A stretch of 64,000 bases of DNA from an uncultured Ornithinimicrobium sp. (GTDB lineage Bacteria; Actinomycetota; Actinomycetes; Actinomycetales; Dermatophilaceae), in assembly GCA_964581125.1 (NCBI GenBank), contig CAZONQ010000002.1:1147-65146 (forward strand), read 5' to 3'. A model generated the notes under the pieces. The model was not told the origin of the DNA and searched no databases. It saw only the letters and a program-made list of their open reading frames with translations. The position numbers and the translations under genes are program-made. Below are positions 20,557-33,103 of the stretch, in pieces (the stretch's first letter is position 1; the number at the start of each line of letters is the position of its first letter).

Positions 20557-21317
20557 CGTCGGCCGCGCGCGCCGAGGCGGGGGGCGTCGAGGGCATCTCG
20601 ATCGGTGCCGTGCTGCGTCAGCTCCAGCCCGACTTCCCCGACCTGACGATCTCCAAGATCCGCTACCTGGAGACCGAGGGCCTCATCTCCCCGGAGCGCC
20701 GGTCCTCCGGCTACCGGCACTTCGCCGACTCCGACGTCGCGCGGCTGCGCTTCGTCCTGACCGCGCAGCGCGACCGGTTCTGGCCGCTCAAGGTCATCAA
20801 GGAGGCCCTCGACCGGCTCGACCGCGGGCTCGACGTCCCGGGGCTGACCACCACCGGGCCGGAGGTGCCCTCGGCGGAGGACACCACCGCCGAGGCGGCG
20901 GGCGCCGTCGTCACCGACCTCAGCGCCGCCGCCCTGCGCCGGCGCCGCGCGATCCGGCTGACCCCGGCCGAGCTGCGCGAGCGCACGGGCCTGGACCGCG
21001 CCGGCTACGCCCAGCTCAAGGCCTTCGGTCTGCTGCGCACCGACGCCTCCGGCCGGCACCACGCCGACGACCTCGACGTCGCCACCGCCGCGGCCGCCCT
21101 GGCCCGGCACGGGCTCGAGGCACGGCACCTGCGGTCGTTCCGGATCGGGGCCGACCGCGAGCTGGGCCTCGCCCAGCAGATCCTCGAGCCGATGCGGCGG
21201 CGCCGGGCCCGCGGAGGCTCCGGGCCGGAGCCCGACGACGTCGAGGCCGAGCTGCTCTCGACGATGCTCGCCCTGCACGTCGCCCTCGTCCGCTCCGGCC
21301 TGTCCCGCGGTCACTAG
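20553..21317 (+). CDS. MerR family regulator (FtsR/Rv1828-like)
   Basis: SIGAVL..L..DFPDLTISKIRYLE.EGL, GLEARHLRSF. Confidence 0.9.
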   Translation: MTSAARAEAGGVEGISIGAVLRQLQPDFPDLTISKIRYLETEGLISPERRSSGYRHFADSDVARLRFVLTAQRDRFWPLKVIKEALDRLDRGLDVPGLTTTGPEVPSAEDTTAEAAGAVVTDLSAAALRRRRAIRLTPAELRERTGLDRAGYAQLKAFGLLRTDASGRHHADDLDVATAAAALARHGLEARHLRSFRIGADRELGLAQQILEPMRRRRARGGSGPEPDDVEAELLSTMLALHVALVRSGLSRGH

Positions 21318-21359
21318 CCCGACCGGGCGGCGGGCGCCGCGGCGGGGTACCGTTGAGGG

Positions 21360-21857
21360 GTGCGAGAGCTCGACGTCCTGGGCGTCCGGGTCGAGATGCC
21401 CACCAACAACCCGATCGTGCTCCTCCGGGAGCGCGAGGGCCAGCGCTACGTGCCCATCTGGATCGGCGCGCCGGAGGCGACGGCCATCGCCTACGCCCAG
21501 CAGGGGGTGGAGCCCCCGCGGCCCCTCACGCACGACCTCATGGTCACCCTCATCCGCGAGCTCGGCCACCGCCTCACCGCCGTGCACATCACCGAGCTGC
21601 GCGAGCGCACCTTCATCGCCGAGCTGCACCTCGACGGGGGCACCGTCGTCTCCGCACGCCCCAGCGACGCCATCGCCCTCGCGCTGCGGGCCGCCACCCC
21701 CATCTTCGCCACCGAGGAGCTGCTCGACGAGGTCGGGATCACGATGGCCGTCGAGGAGGAGGACGAGGTGGAGCGCTTCCGGGAGTTCCTCGACACCGTC
21801 TCCGCCGAGGACTTCGAGGGCCCCGGCGACCAGCCCGGCCCGGGACCGGAGGGCTGA
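21360..21857 (+). CDS. Bifunctional nuclease family protein (DUF151)
   Basis: PIVLLRE, PIWIG.PEA.AIA, RPLTHDL, SARPSDAIALA. Confidence 0.93.
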   Translation: MRELDVLGVRVEMPTNNPIVLLREREGQRYVPIWIGAPEATAIAYAQQGVEPPRPLTHDLMVTLIRELGHRLTAVHITELRERTFIAELHLDGGTVVSARPSDAIALALRAATPIFATEELLDEVGITMAVEEEDEVERFREFLDTVSAEDFEGPGDQPGPGPEG

Positions 21858-21894
21858 GGCGTGCCGCGCGGCAGGCCCACCGGCGCGTCGGTCG

Positions 21895-21923
21895 TTGACC
21901 CCGCGGCACGCGCGGCATACCGT
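21895..21923 (+). promoter_or_regulatory. Sigma-A type promoter TTGACC-N17-TACCGT
   Basis: Near-consensus hexamers with a 17-bp spacer upstream of the MerR gene. Confidence 0.7.
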
Positions 21924-21979
21924 CAGGACGTGCACACGATGCACACGAGTCACAGACGTCACACCCGTGAGGAGGACCG

Positions 21980-22570
21980 GTGAGCGCAGGCGCCGACGCA
22001 CCCGGCACGCAGGCAGGTCCCGAGCGGGAGGCACGCCCCGCCCAGGGGGTCCTCTTCACCCAGGACACCCCGGCCATGGACGAGACCATCGGCTACCGCG
22101 GCCCGACCGCGTGCGGCGCGGCCGGCGTCACCTACCGCCAGCTCGACTACTGGGCGCGCACCGGGCTGCTCGAGCCGTCGGTGCGCAACCCGAGCGGGTC
22201 CGGCACCCAGCGGCTCTACTCCTTCCGGGACATCCTGGTCCTGAAGATCATCAAGCGGCTGCTCGACACCGGCGTCTCCCTGCAGCAGATCCGCGTCGCG
22301 GTCACCGCGCTGCGCGAGCGCGGGGTGCAGGACCTGGCCAACATCACCCTCATGAGCGACGGCGCGAGCGTCTACGAGTGCACCAGCGACGACGAGGTCA
22401 TCGACCTGGTGCGCGGCGGCCAGGGCGTCTTCGGGATCGCCGTGGGCAGCGTCTGGCGCGAGGTCGAGGGCCAGCTCGCCGAGCTGCCCAGCGAGCGGGC
22501 CGGCGAGACCGTCCCGGACCACCCCGGCGACGAGCTCTCGGCCCGGCGTCGCGCCCGCCGCTCCTCCTGA
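21980..22570 (+). CDS. MerR family regulator (Rv1830-like)
   Basis: GYRGPTAC..AGVTYRQLDYWARTGL, GSGTQRLYSFRD, GQGVFGIA. Confidence 0.93.
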   Translation: MSAGADAPGTQAGPEREARPAQGVLFTQDTPAMDETIGYRGPTACGAAGVTYRQLDYWARTGLLEPSVRNPSGSGTQRLYSFRDILVLKIIKRLLDTGVSLQQIRVAVTALRERGVQDLANITLMSDGASVYECTSDDEVIDLVRGGQGVFGIAVGSVWREVEGQLAELPSERAGETVPDHPGDELSARRRARRSS

Positions 22571-22634
22571 GGCGACCCACCCGCGGGGCGGGTGCGGCAC
22601 CCCATACCTGATAGATTGAGGGGTGCCGACGAGG

Positions 22635-22764
22635 CCGTGTGGGAGAGACCTCACCGGTCCTGGTGAGGCGCCGAAGGGGCAAACTCCCCGACAAGCTCTC
22701 AGGCGCCAGGGACCACGCGGATCAGGCAACTCTGGAACGGCACCGTCGACGGCGCCCGGCAGAG
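22635..22764 (+). ncRNA. Glycine riboswitch (single aptamer followed by a truncated 'ghost' aptamer)
   Basis: GGAGAGA...CGCCGAAGGGGCAA...CTCTCAGG with P1 CCGTGTGG/CCACGCGG, then CTCTGGA...CAGAG; directly upstream of gcvP; TAGATT -10 at 22612. Confidence 0.9.
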
Positions 22765-22801
22765 GGGGAGGGCCCGACGCCCCCGTCCCCGAGGAGCCGC
22801 A

Positions 22802-25744
<2,943 letters not shown>

Positions 25745-25755
25745 CCCGCGCGGCG

Positions 25756-25794
25756 GGGTCGCGCACCGGGCAGGACCCCGCCGGTGCGCGACCC
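25756..25794 (+). terminator. Hairpin after gcvP
   Basis: Perfect 14-bp stem GGGTCGCGCACCGG / CCGGTGCGCGACCC. Confidence 0.65.
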
Positions 25795-25830
25795 TCGCCA
25801 CGGACGGCCCGGGTGTGTTTGGATCACCTC

Positions 25831-27354
25831 ATGGGCCAAGAGGTCAGCCACAAGGATTTCACCCGGGAGCACCGGCTCGCGTTCCGCCAGAAGGTGCTCC
25901 AGGACCTCGACGTGTTCGAGCGGATGCTGGAGGGCAGCCGGTTCGACTTCACGCGCCCGCAGATGGGCCTGGAGATCGAGCTCAACCTCGTGGACCTGCA
26001 GACCCACGGCCCGGCGATGGTCAACAGCGAGGTGCTCGCCGAGATCGGGGAGGACGACTTCCAGACCGAGGTCGGCCGCTACAACATCGAGATGAACGTC
26101 CCGCCCCGGCCGATGGCCGGCGACCAGGCCGTGCGCCTGGAGCGGTGGCTGTCCTCGTCCATGCGGCGTGCCGGGGACGCCGCCCGGGCGCACGGCGCGC
26201 GCGTGGCCGCGGTCGGCATCATGCCGACCCTCCCGGCCGAGCTCTTCGACGGGCCGTGGCTGTCGGAGGGCGTCCGCTACCAGGCGCTCGAGGACGCACT
26301 GCTGCGGGAGCGCGGCGAGGGCTTCGAGCTGGACATCGAGGGCCCGACGGGGGAGCGGGTCAGCAGCTACCACGACGGCATCGGGCCGCTGTCGGGGTGC
26401 ACCTCCGTGCAGCTGCACCAGCAGGTGACGCCCCAGGACTTCCCGGTCTACTGGAACGCCGCCAGCATCATCTCCAGCCTGCAGGTCGCCATGGGCGCGA
26501 ACTCCCCCTACCTCTTCGGCCGACGGCTGTGGGCCGAGACCAGGATCCCGCTGTTCACGCAGATGGTGGACACCCGGTCGGTGGAGCTGAAGTACCAGGG
26601 CGTGCGCCCGCGCGCCTACTTCGGCAAGGCCTGGATCACCTCGATCTTCGACCTGTTCGAGGAGAACGTCCGGTCCTTCCCGGCCCTGCTGCCGGAGGTG
26701 TCCGAGGAGGACGCCGGGGCGATGCTCGACTCGGGGACCGTCCCGCAGCTGTCCGACCTCAAGCTGCACAACGGCACCGTGTGGCGGTGGAACCGGCCGA
26801 TCTACGACACCAGCCAGGGCGTGCCCCACCTGCGCGTGGAGAACCGCGTCCTGCCGGCCGGGCCGAGCGTCGTCGACATGGTGGCCAACGCGTGCTTCTA
26901 CTACGGCCTGCTCGAGGCGGCCACCTCCAGCGGCCGCCCGATCTGGACGAAGATGTCCTTCGCCACCGCGGAGGAGAACTTCGACGACGCCGCCCGCCAC
27001 GGCATCTCGAGCGTGCACACCTGGCCCGGTCTGGGGCGGATCCCGGTCGTCGACCTCGTCGCCGACCACCTGCTCGACGTCGCCGACGACGGCCTCGCCG
27101 CGCTCGGGCTGCGCCGGGAGGTCCGCAGCCACTTCCTCTCGGTCATCGAGGGGCGGTGCCGCACGCGCACCAACGGCGCGAGCTGGCAGGTGGCGACCAC
27201 GGAGGCGTTCGAGGCGGCCGGCTACGACCGGGACGAGGCGCTGCGGCAGATGTTCCGCGCCTACCTCGACCACAGCGAGGACAACCTGCCGGTGCACACC
27301 TGGGAGGTGCCCACCGTCGCGCCCGCGAAGGACCGCGACGAGGACGTCGCCTGA
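25831..27354 (+). CDS. Glutamate--cysteine ligase family 2 (GCS2) protein
   Basis: GLEIELNLVD, FQTEVG, CTSVQLH, ANSPYLFG, HNGTVWRWNRP, HLRVENRVLPAGP. Confidence 0.9.
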   Translation: MGQEVSHKDFTREHRLAFRQKVLQDLDVFERMLEGSRFDFTRPQMGLEIELNLVDLQTHGPAMVNSEVLAEIGEDDFQTEVGRYNIEMNVPPRPMAGDQAVRLERWLSSSMRRAGDAARAHGARVAAVGIMPTLPAELFDGPWLSEGVRYQALEDALLRERGEGFELDIEGPTGERVSSYHDGIGPLSGCTSVQLHQQVTPQDFPVYWNAASIISSLQVAMGANSPYLFGRRLWAETRIPLFTQMVDTRSVELKYQGVRPRAYFGKAWITSIFDLFEENVRSFPALLPEVSEEDAGAMLDSGTVPQLSDLKLHNGTVWRWNRPIYDTSQGVPHLRVENRVLPAGPSVVDMVANACFYYGLLEAATSSGRPIWTKMSFATAEENFDDAARHGISSVHTWPGLGRIPVVDLVADHLLDVADDGLAALGLRREVRSHFLSVIEGRCRTRTNGASWQVATTEAFEAAGYDRDEALRQMFRAYLDHSEDNLPVHTWEVPTVAPAKDRDEDVA

Positions 27355-27364
27355 CCTCTCCTCA

Positions 27365-27578
27365 CGACCCGGCGCGCGTCCTGCACGCCCGTGCCGTCCC
27401 CGTGCCCGTGCAGAGCGTGCGCCCGGTCGCAAGGGGGGGTGTGCCCGTGCAGAGCGTGCGCCCGGTCGGGGGAGTGCCCGTGCAGAGCGTGCGCCCGGTC
27501 GCAGGGGGGCGTGCCCGTGCAGAGCGTGCGCCCGGTCGGGGGAGTGCCCGTGCAGAGCGTGCGCCCGGTCGTGGGGGG
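27365..27578. repeat. Five identical 28-bp direct repeats with G-run linkers, preceded by one degenerate inverted copy
   Basis: GTGCCCGTGCAGAGCGTGCGCCCGGTCG at 27402, 27441, 27474, 27511 and 27544; linkers CAAGGGGGGGT, GGGGA, CAGGGGGGC, GGGGA; inverted copy CGACCCGGCGCGCGTCCTGCACG at 27365. Confidence 0.95.
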
Positions 27579-28223
27579 TCAGCGGGTCCGGTTCCAGGCC
27601 TCGACGACCGGGTCCTCGTGGTGGTGCCCGAGGACGCCGACCGAGCCCACGGCGAAGGTGAGGTGCTGGCCGAAGCGCGGGGCCTGGCGCAGGTAGACGG
27701 CCGCCAGGATGCGCAGCGCGTGGCCGTGGCCCACCAGGCACACGTTGCCCTCGAAGAGGAGCGGCCAGATCCGCTGCAGCACCCGGCTGCCCCGGGCCGC
27801 GACCTCCTCGACGGTCTCCCCGGGCGTCTCACCCGGGACCACACCGTGCTCGAAGACCGTCCAGTGGTAGCCGAGCTCCCGGCGGACGTCGGCCGTGGAC
27901 CGGCCCTCGTAGCCGCCGTAGTCCCACTCGACCAGGTCCGGGTCCAGCACGTCGACCTGCAGACCGGCCAGCTCGGCGGTGCGGCGGGCCCGCTCCAGGG
28001 GCGAGGAGCGCACGTGGACGAACTGCATGCCGTCCAGCGCCCGGACGATGTCGCCGGCGGCCTCCTCGCCCTCGGGCAGCAGCGGCAGGTCGGTGAGACC
28101 GGTGTGCTGCCCGGAGCGCGACCACTCGGTCTCGCCGTGGCGGACGAGGACGAGGCGGCCCTCGGGGATGGCGGGTCCCGCCATCGGGCGCTGCTCGGAC
28201 GTGGCGTCGGGGCTGTCGGTCAT
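27579..28223 (-). CDS. Histidine phosphatase family protein
   Basis: LVRHGETEWS, SSPLERARRTA, EWDYGGYEG, VGHGH. Confidence 0.93.
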   Translation of the reverse strand: MTDSPDATSEQRPMAGPAIPEGRLVLVRHGETEWSRSGQHTGLTDLPLLPEGEEAAGDIVRALDGMQFVHVRSSPLERARRTAELAGLQVDVLDPDLVEWDYGGYEGRSTADVRRELGYHWTVFEHGVVPGETPGETVEEVAARGSRVLQRIWPLLFEGNVCLVGHGHALRILAAVYLRQAPRFGQHLTFAVGSVGVLGHHHEDPVVEAWNRTR

Positions 28224-28241
28224 GACTGGCACACTACGGGC

Positions 28242-28667
28242 ATGGCTGAGGACGCGACCAGATCAGTGACCGTCGACCGGGCCGGGCCGGCCCGCTTCGT
28301 GGCCACCAACCCCCGCGGCGGCACGATCTCCTTCGGGTCCGGCGGCGACTCCTCCGACTTCACGCCGGTCGAGCTGCTGCTGGCCGGCGTCGCCGGCTGC
28401 TCCGGCATCGACGTGGACCTGCTGACCTCGCGCCTGGCCGAGCCCGAGAGCTTCACGATGACCGCCAGCGCGGACAAGCTGCGCGACGAGCAGGGCAACC
28501 ACCTCGGGCCGGTGACGGTCACGGTCTCCGTCACCTTCCCCGAGGGCGAGGCCGGCGACGCTGCCCGGTCCCGGCTCCCGGACGCCGTGGCGAGGTCGCG
28601 CGACCGGCTGTGCACCGTCTCGCGCACCGTGCAGCTGCCGACCCCGGTGTCCTACGAGATCACCTGA
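28242..28667 (+). CDS. OsmC family protein
   Basis: FTPVELLLAGVAGCSGID, DRLCTVSRT. Confidence 0.9.
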   Translation: MAEDATRSVTVDRAGPARFVATNPRGGTISFGSGGDSSDFTPVELLLAGVAGCSGIDVDLLTSRLAEPESFTMTASADKLRDEQGNHLGPVTVTVSVTFPEGEAGDAARSRLPDAVARSRDRLCTVSRTVQLPTPVSYEIT

Positions 28668-28669
28668 CG

Positions 28670-29923
28670 ATGACCTCCGGCCGCCTCCGCCGGAGCCTGG
28701 GGGTCCGTGACGCGGTGACCGTCGGCCTCGGCTCGATGGTGGGTGCGGGCGTCTTCGTGGTCTGGGGCCCTGCCGCCGCCGCGGCCGGCGGGTGGGTGCT
28801 GCTCTCGCTCGTCCTCGCCGGCGCGGTCGCCACCTGCAACGCGCTGTCCTCGGCGTGGCTCGCCGCCCGGCACCCGGAGGCGGGAGGCACCTACGTCTAC
28901 GGCCGTGAGCGTCTGGGCCCGGTCTTGGGCTACCTCGCCGGGTGGTGCTTCCTCGTCGGCAAGACCGCCTCCTGCGCGGCCATGGCCATGACGGTGGGCG
29001 CCTACCTGGTGCCCGGCGCCGCCCGCGCGGCGGCCGTCGTCGCGGTGGTCCTCGTCACGGGCCTCAACCTCGCGGGCGTGCAGCGCTCGGTGTCGGCCTC
29101 CCGCGCCGTCGTCACGGTGGTCGCCTGCGCCCTCCTGGGCGTGGCCGTGGCCTCGGTCCTCCCCGGCGCCGGGGGCCCCTCCTGGCGGGCCGAGGAGGTC
29201 CTCGCCGGCCCCGTCGACCCGCTCGGCGTCGTCCGGGCCGCCGGGCTGATCTTCTTCGCCTTCGCCGGATACGCACGGATCGCGACCTTGGGGGAGGAGG
29301 TGCGCGACCCGGCGCGGACGATCCCGCGCGCCGTGGTCGCCGCCCTGATGCTCGTGCTGGGCCTCTACGCCGTTGTGGGCACCGTGGTGCTCGGCGTCCT
29401 CGGACCGCAGGCCACGGCCACCAGCACCGACCCGGTCGCCCGCGTGGCCGAGCTCGTCTGGTCCCCGGGCTGGGCGTGGGTGGTGCGGGCCGCCGCCGGG
29501 CTGGCCGCCGCCGGCGCCCTCCTCAACCTCGTGCTGGGCGTCTCCCGCACGGCGCTGGCGATGGCGCGCGACGGCCACCTGCCCGGGCGGGTCGCCGAGG
29601 TCACGGGCGACGGCGTACCGCGCACCGCCGAGCTGGCCGTCGGGGCGGTCGTGCTGGTCGTCGTCCTCGTCGCGGACCTGCGCGGGGCGATCGGGTTCTC
29701 CAGCTTCGGCGTGCTGCTCTACTACGCCGTGGCCAACGCCTCGGCGCTCACCCTGCGGGCCGAGCGGACCGCGGCCGCCGTGGTCCCGCTGGTGGGCCTC
29801 GTCGGCTGCGTGGTGCTCGCCCTGGCGCTGCCCCCGTCCTCGGTCGTCGGGGGCTCAGCCGTCGTGCTGGCCGGCCTCGCCGCCCTCGCCGTCCGGCGTG
29901 GCCACCGGCGCGCTGCCCCCTGA
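28670..29923 (+). CDS. APC family amino acid permease
   Basis: GLGSMVGAGVF, PEAGGTYVYGR, FFAFAGYARIATLGEEVRDP. Confidence 0.92.
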   Translation: MTSGRLRRSLGVRDAVTVGLGSMVGAGVFVVWGPAAAAAGGWVLLSLVLAGAVATCNALSSAWLAARHPEAGGTYVYGRERLGPVLGYLAGWCFLVGKTASCAAMAMTVGAYLVPGAARAAAVVAVVLVTGLNLAGVQRSVSASRAVVTVVACALLGVAVASVLPGAGGPSWRAEEVLAGPVDPLGVVRAAGLIFFAFAGYARIATLGEEVRDPARTIPRAVVAALMLVLGLYAVVGTVVLGVLGPQATATSTDPVARVAELVWSPGWAWVVRAAAGLAAAGALLNLVLGVSRTALAMARDGHLPGRVAEVTGDGVPRTAELAVGAVVLVVVLVADLRGAIGFSSFGVLLYYAVANASALTLRAERTAAAVVPLVGLVGCVVLALALPPSSVVGGSAVVLAGLAALAVRRGHRRAAP

Positions 29924-30538
29924 CGGACCGCCATGCTCGTCGGCGCCGAGGGGCGCCGTGTGCAGCTGACCGGCCTCCCGCAGCTGCTCCAGGACGGTGT
30001 GCGCGCCACGGACCCCGGTGAGGGCGCTCGGGTGGATCGGCTGCCCCGTCCGCAGCACCGAGATGCGTCCCCGCGGCTCCAGGATCGCCACCGCGACCTG
30101 CGAGGGGTGGCTCACGCCGGCCTGCCGCAGGGCGCTCCACAGGACCGGCATGGTGAGCCCGTAGCCCCGGACGGTGTCGGCGCGGACCTTGCCCGCGACG
30201 GCGAGGACCACGCCCCGCGCCGAGGGGGAGGCCGGTCGGTGCAGCCTGGGCAGCGGCAGCCGGCGCATCATCCGGAAGAACAGCTCGAGGGTCGCCAGCG
30301 TGCCGAGCGCGATCAGGCCCCCGGCCAGCGTCGGCATGTGGCCGATCGTCGCGCGCCCCACGATGGCGCCGAGGACCGTGGCGACGGCGAGGTCCACGCT
30401 GCGCGGGCTGGAGTAGAGCCGCTGACCCCACAGGCGCAGCAGACCGCCGAAGGCGAAGTAGAGGGTGAGCGTGCTCACCACGACGGCGACCGCGCCGCCC
30501 CGGGTGATGCCCAGGTAGTAGGAAAGGTCGAGGTCCAT
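29855..30538 (-). CDS. DUF421/YetF family membrane protein
   Basis: Three hydrophobic segments followed by LRQAGV...AILEPRGRISV. Confidence 0.8.
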   Translation of the reverse strand: MDLDLSYYLGITRGGAVAVVVSTLTLYFAFGGLLRLWGQRLYSSPRSVDLAVATVLGAIVGRATIGHMPTLAGGLIALGTLATLELFFRMMRRLPLPRLHRPASPSARGVVLAVAGKVRADTVRGYGLTMPVLWSALRQAGVSHPSQVAVAILEPRGRISVLRTGQPIHPSALTGVRGAHTVLEQLREAGQLHTAPLGADEHGGPSGGSAPVATPDGEGGEAGQHDG

Positions 30539-30632
30539 GGCGTCCCATGGTGGCACCGCGTCCGGCCCCGTCCACGGGCACCCGCCCGTGATCGGGTGGC
30601 GCCCCGCGGCCGCGGCCACGCACACTGGACCC

Positions 30633-31616
30633 ATGGCAGAGGCGACGACGCGCGCGGGGCGCGAGGAGACGGCATACCGGTGGGGTGTCCTGGGCGAGGA
30701 CGACGTGCCGGCCTGGACCGACCTGGTCAACCACCTGGCCGAGGTGGACGGGACCGACGAGTTCTACCGCGAGGAGGACCTGGCCGAGGAGCTGGGGATG
30801 TCCGGCTTCGAGCCGGCCCGGGACACGGTCGCCGTGTGGGACGGCGCGGAGATGGTCGCCTTCGCCAGCGTCGTCGTGCCGCCGACGACCGACAACGAGG
30901 GCAACGGGCGCGGCTACGTCCAGGGCGGCGTCCGGCTGGGGCACCGCGGACGGGGGCTCGGGCGCGAGGTCATGGACCGGATCGAGCCGCGGGCCGCCGA
31001 GCTCGTCGCGCAGCGCCACCCGGGGCTGCCGGCGTGGATCCGCTCCGGCGCCGGCCGGGAGGGCTCCTCCGCGGCCAGGATGCTCGCGCACCGCGGCTAC
31101 CGCGTGGTGCGCTACTACGACGAGCTCGCGCGCCCGCTCGACGGACCCGTCGACGTCCCCGCGACGGAGGGCGTGGAGCTCGTCTCGCCGGGGGACGGGC
31201 ACGAGGAGGCGACGCGCCTGGCGCACAACGACGCGTTCCGCGACCACTGGGGCTCCGGCGCCTCCGCCCCCGAGGTCTGGCACGACCGCTGGACGGGGCG
31301 GGCGGTGCGCAGGGACGTCTCGACCCTGGCGGTCGACCCCGACGGCAGGGTCCTGGCCTACGTGCTCTGCTCGGAGTGGGTGGACCGGGAGCTCTACGTC
31401 GACCTCGTCGGGACCGTGCGGGAGGGCCGTGGCCGCGGCCTGGCCAGGGCGGCCCTGCTGCGGACCATCGACCTCGCCACGCGCTCGGGAGCCTACGACG
31501 TCATCGACCTCGAGGTGGACTCGGAGAACCCCTCCGGCGCGACGCACCTCTACGAGAGCATCGGCTTCGTGCCCACCCTGCGCACCGTCGCGATGCAGCG
31601 GGACCTGACCTCCTGA
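30633..31616 (+). CDS. Tandem GNAT acetyltransferase
   Basis: Two acetyl-CoA motifs (HRGRGLG, GRGRGLA); LEVDSENPSGA..LYESIGF. Confidence 0.9.
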   Translation: MAEATTRAGREETAYRWGVLGEDDVPAWTDLVNHLAEVDGTDEFYREEDLAEELGMSGFEPARDTVAVWDGAEMVAFASVVVPPTTDNEGNGRGYVQGGVRLGHRGRGLGREVMDRIEPRAAELVAQRHPGLPAWIRSGAGREGSSAARMLAHRGYRVVRYYDELARPLDGPVDVPATEGVELVSPGDGHEEATRLAHNDAFRDHWGSGASAPEVWHDRWTGRAVRRDVSTLAVDPDGRVLAYVLCSEWVDRELYVDLVGTVREGRGRGLARAALLRTIDLATRSGAYDVIDLEVDSENPSGATHLYESIGFVPTLRTVAMQRDLTS

Positions 31617-31652
31617 ACGCGCGCCGCCCCGCCGCCCCGTAGGGTCGGCTCC

Positions 31653-32453
31653 GTGAGCACGCACGGAGACGACCTGCACAGCACGACGGTGGGCGACAGC
31701 GGACCGGTCGTCGTCTTCCTGCACGGCCTCTTCGGCCGGGGCCGCAACTTCGGCGGCACCGTGCGGGCGCTCCAGCCCCACGTGCGCGCGCTCCTCGTCG
31801 ACCTGCCCAACCACGGGGCGTCGCCGTGGACCGACGAGGTGGACTACCGGCAGATGGCCGACGCCGTCGCCGCGCACCTGCGGGCCGGGGTCGCGGCGGA
31901 CGGCCCGGTGCACGTCGTCGGCCACTCGATGGGCGGCAAGACCGCGATGACGCTCGCGCTCGCGCACCCGGGCCTCGTCGACCGGCTCGTCGTCGTCGAC
32001 GTCAGCCCGCGCGGCTCCGGCGGGACGAGCGAGTTCGAGCACCTCCTCGGGTCGCTGGCCCGCATCGACCTGGACACCGTGACGAGCCTCGGCGACGCGG
32101 ACCGCCAGCTCGCCCGGGACGTGCCGCAGGCCTCGCTGCGTGGCTTCCTCCTGCAGAACCTGCGCCGCGACGGCAGCGGCCGGCTGGCCTGGCAGGCCAA
32201 CCTCGACGTGCTGCGCCGGGACCTGCCGGTCGTCACCGGCGACCTCCCGCACGGGGGAGCGAGCTTCGACGGGCCGGTGCTGTGGGTGTCCGGCAGCGAG
32301 TCCGACTACGTCACCGAGGCCGACGAGCCGCTCATGCGCCAGCTCTTCCCCCAGACCCGCCGGATCACGATCAAGAACGCCGACCACTGGGTGCACTCGC
32401 GGCAGCCGGAGGTCTTCGCCGAGGTCCTGCGCCGGTTCCTCACCGCCCCCTGA
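31653..32453 (+). CDS. Alpha/beta hydrolase (YbfF-like esterase)
   Basis: FLHGLFG, VDLPNHG.S, GHSMGGK, ADHWVH. Confidence 0.92.
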   Translation: MSTHGDDLHSTTVGDSGPVVVFLHGLFGRGRNFGGTVRALQPHVRALLVDLPNHGASPWTDEVDYRQMADAVAAHLRAGVAADGPVHVVGHSMGGKTAMTLALAHPGLVDRLVVVDVSPRGSGGTSEFEHLLGSLARIDLDTVTSLGDADRQLARDVPQASLRGFLLQNLRRDGSGRLAWQANLDVLRRDLPVVTGDLPHGGASFDGPVLWVSGSESDYVTEADEPLMRQLFPQTRRITIKNADHWVHSRQPEVFAEVLRRFLTAP

Positions 32454-32481
32454 CCGGGCGCGTGCGTCATACAGTGGCGCC

Positions 32482-33102
32482 ATGGCCCGTTTCCTGGACA
32501 TCCACCCGCACGACCCGCAGCCGCGGCTCGTCGAGCAGGTCGCGCAGACCCTGCGCGGGGGAGGGCTGGCGGCCTTCCCGACCGACGCCTGCTACACCCT
32601 CGGGGCGCGGCTGGGCGACCCGGACGCCAAGCAGCGGATCGTCGACGCGCGCCACCTGGACGACCGGCACCACTTCACCCTGATGTGCGCCGACTTCGCC
32701 CAGCTCGGCCAGCTCGTGCACCTGGACAACCACGTCTTCCGGGCGGTGCGGGCGGCGACGCCGGGGCGCTACACCTTCATCCTGCCGGCCACCAAGGAGG
32801 TCCCGCGACGGCTGCTGCACCCGCGCAAGCGCACGGTGGGCGTGCGCATCCCGGACCACCGCATCGCGCGCGCCATCCTCGACGCCATGGGGGAGCCGCT
32901 GCTGACGAGCACGCTGCTCCTGCCGGGGCAGGAGGAGCCGCTCACCCTGGGCTGGGAGGTCAAGGAGGCGCTCGACCACGTCGTGGACGTCGTCGTCGAC
33001 GGCGACCAGACGGGCCAGGAGCCCACCACCGTCGTCGACCTGTCGGAGGGCTACGCCGAGATCCTGCGGCGGGGGTCGGGCGACCCGGCGCCGTTCGAGT
33101 GA
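32482..33102 (+). CDS. Sua5/YciO/YrdC family protein (YciO-like)
   Basis: IHPHDPQPR, FPTDACY, HHFTLMC, TPGRYTFIL, TVGVRIPD. Confidence 0.92.
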   Translation: MARFLDIHPHDPQPRLVEQVAQTLRGGGLAAFPTDACYTLGARLGDPDAKQRIVDARHLDDRHHFTLMCADFAQLGQLVHLDNHVFRAVRAATPGRYTFILPATKEVPRRLLHPRKRTVGVRIPDHRIARAILDAMGEPLLTSTLLLPGQEEPLTLGWEVKEALDHVVDVVVDGDQTGQEPTTVVDLSEGYAEILRRGSGDPAPFE

Positions 33103-33103
33103 C

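Noticed and set aside
27402-27578. CRISPR array
   Set aside because: Linkers are only 5-11 nt, repetitive G-runs rather than unique 25-45 nt spacers; no cas genes or AT-rich leader.
29855-29923. 69-bp convergent overlap of the permease and DUF421 genes
   Set aside because: Explained by C-terminal run-on in high-GC sequence; a common occurrence.
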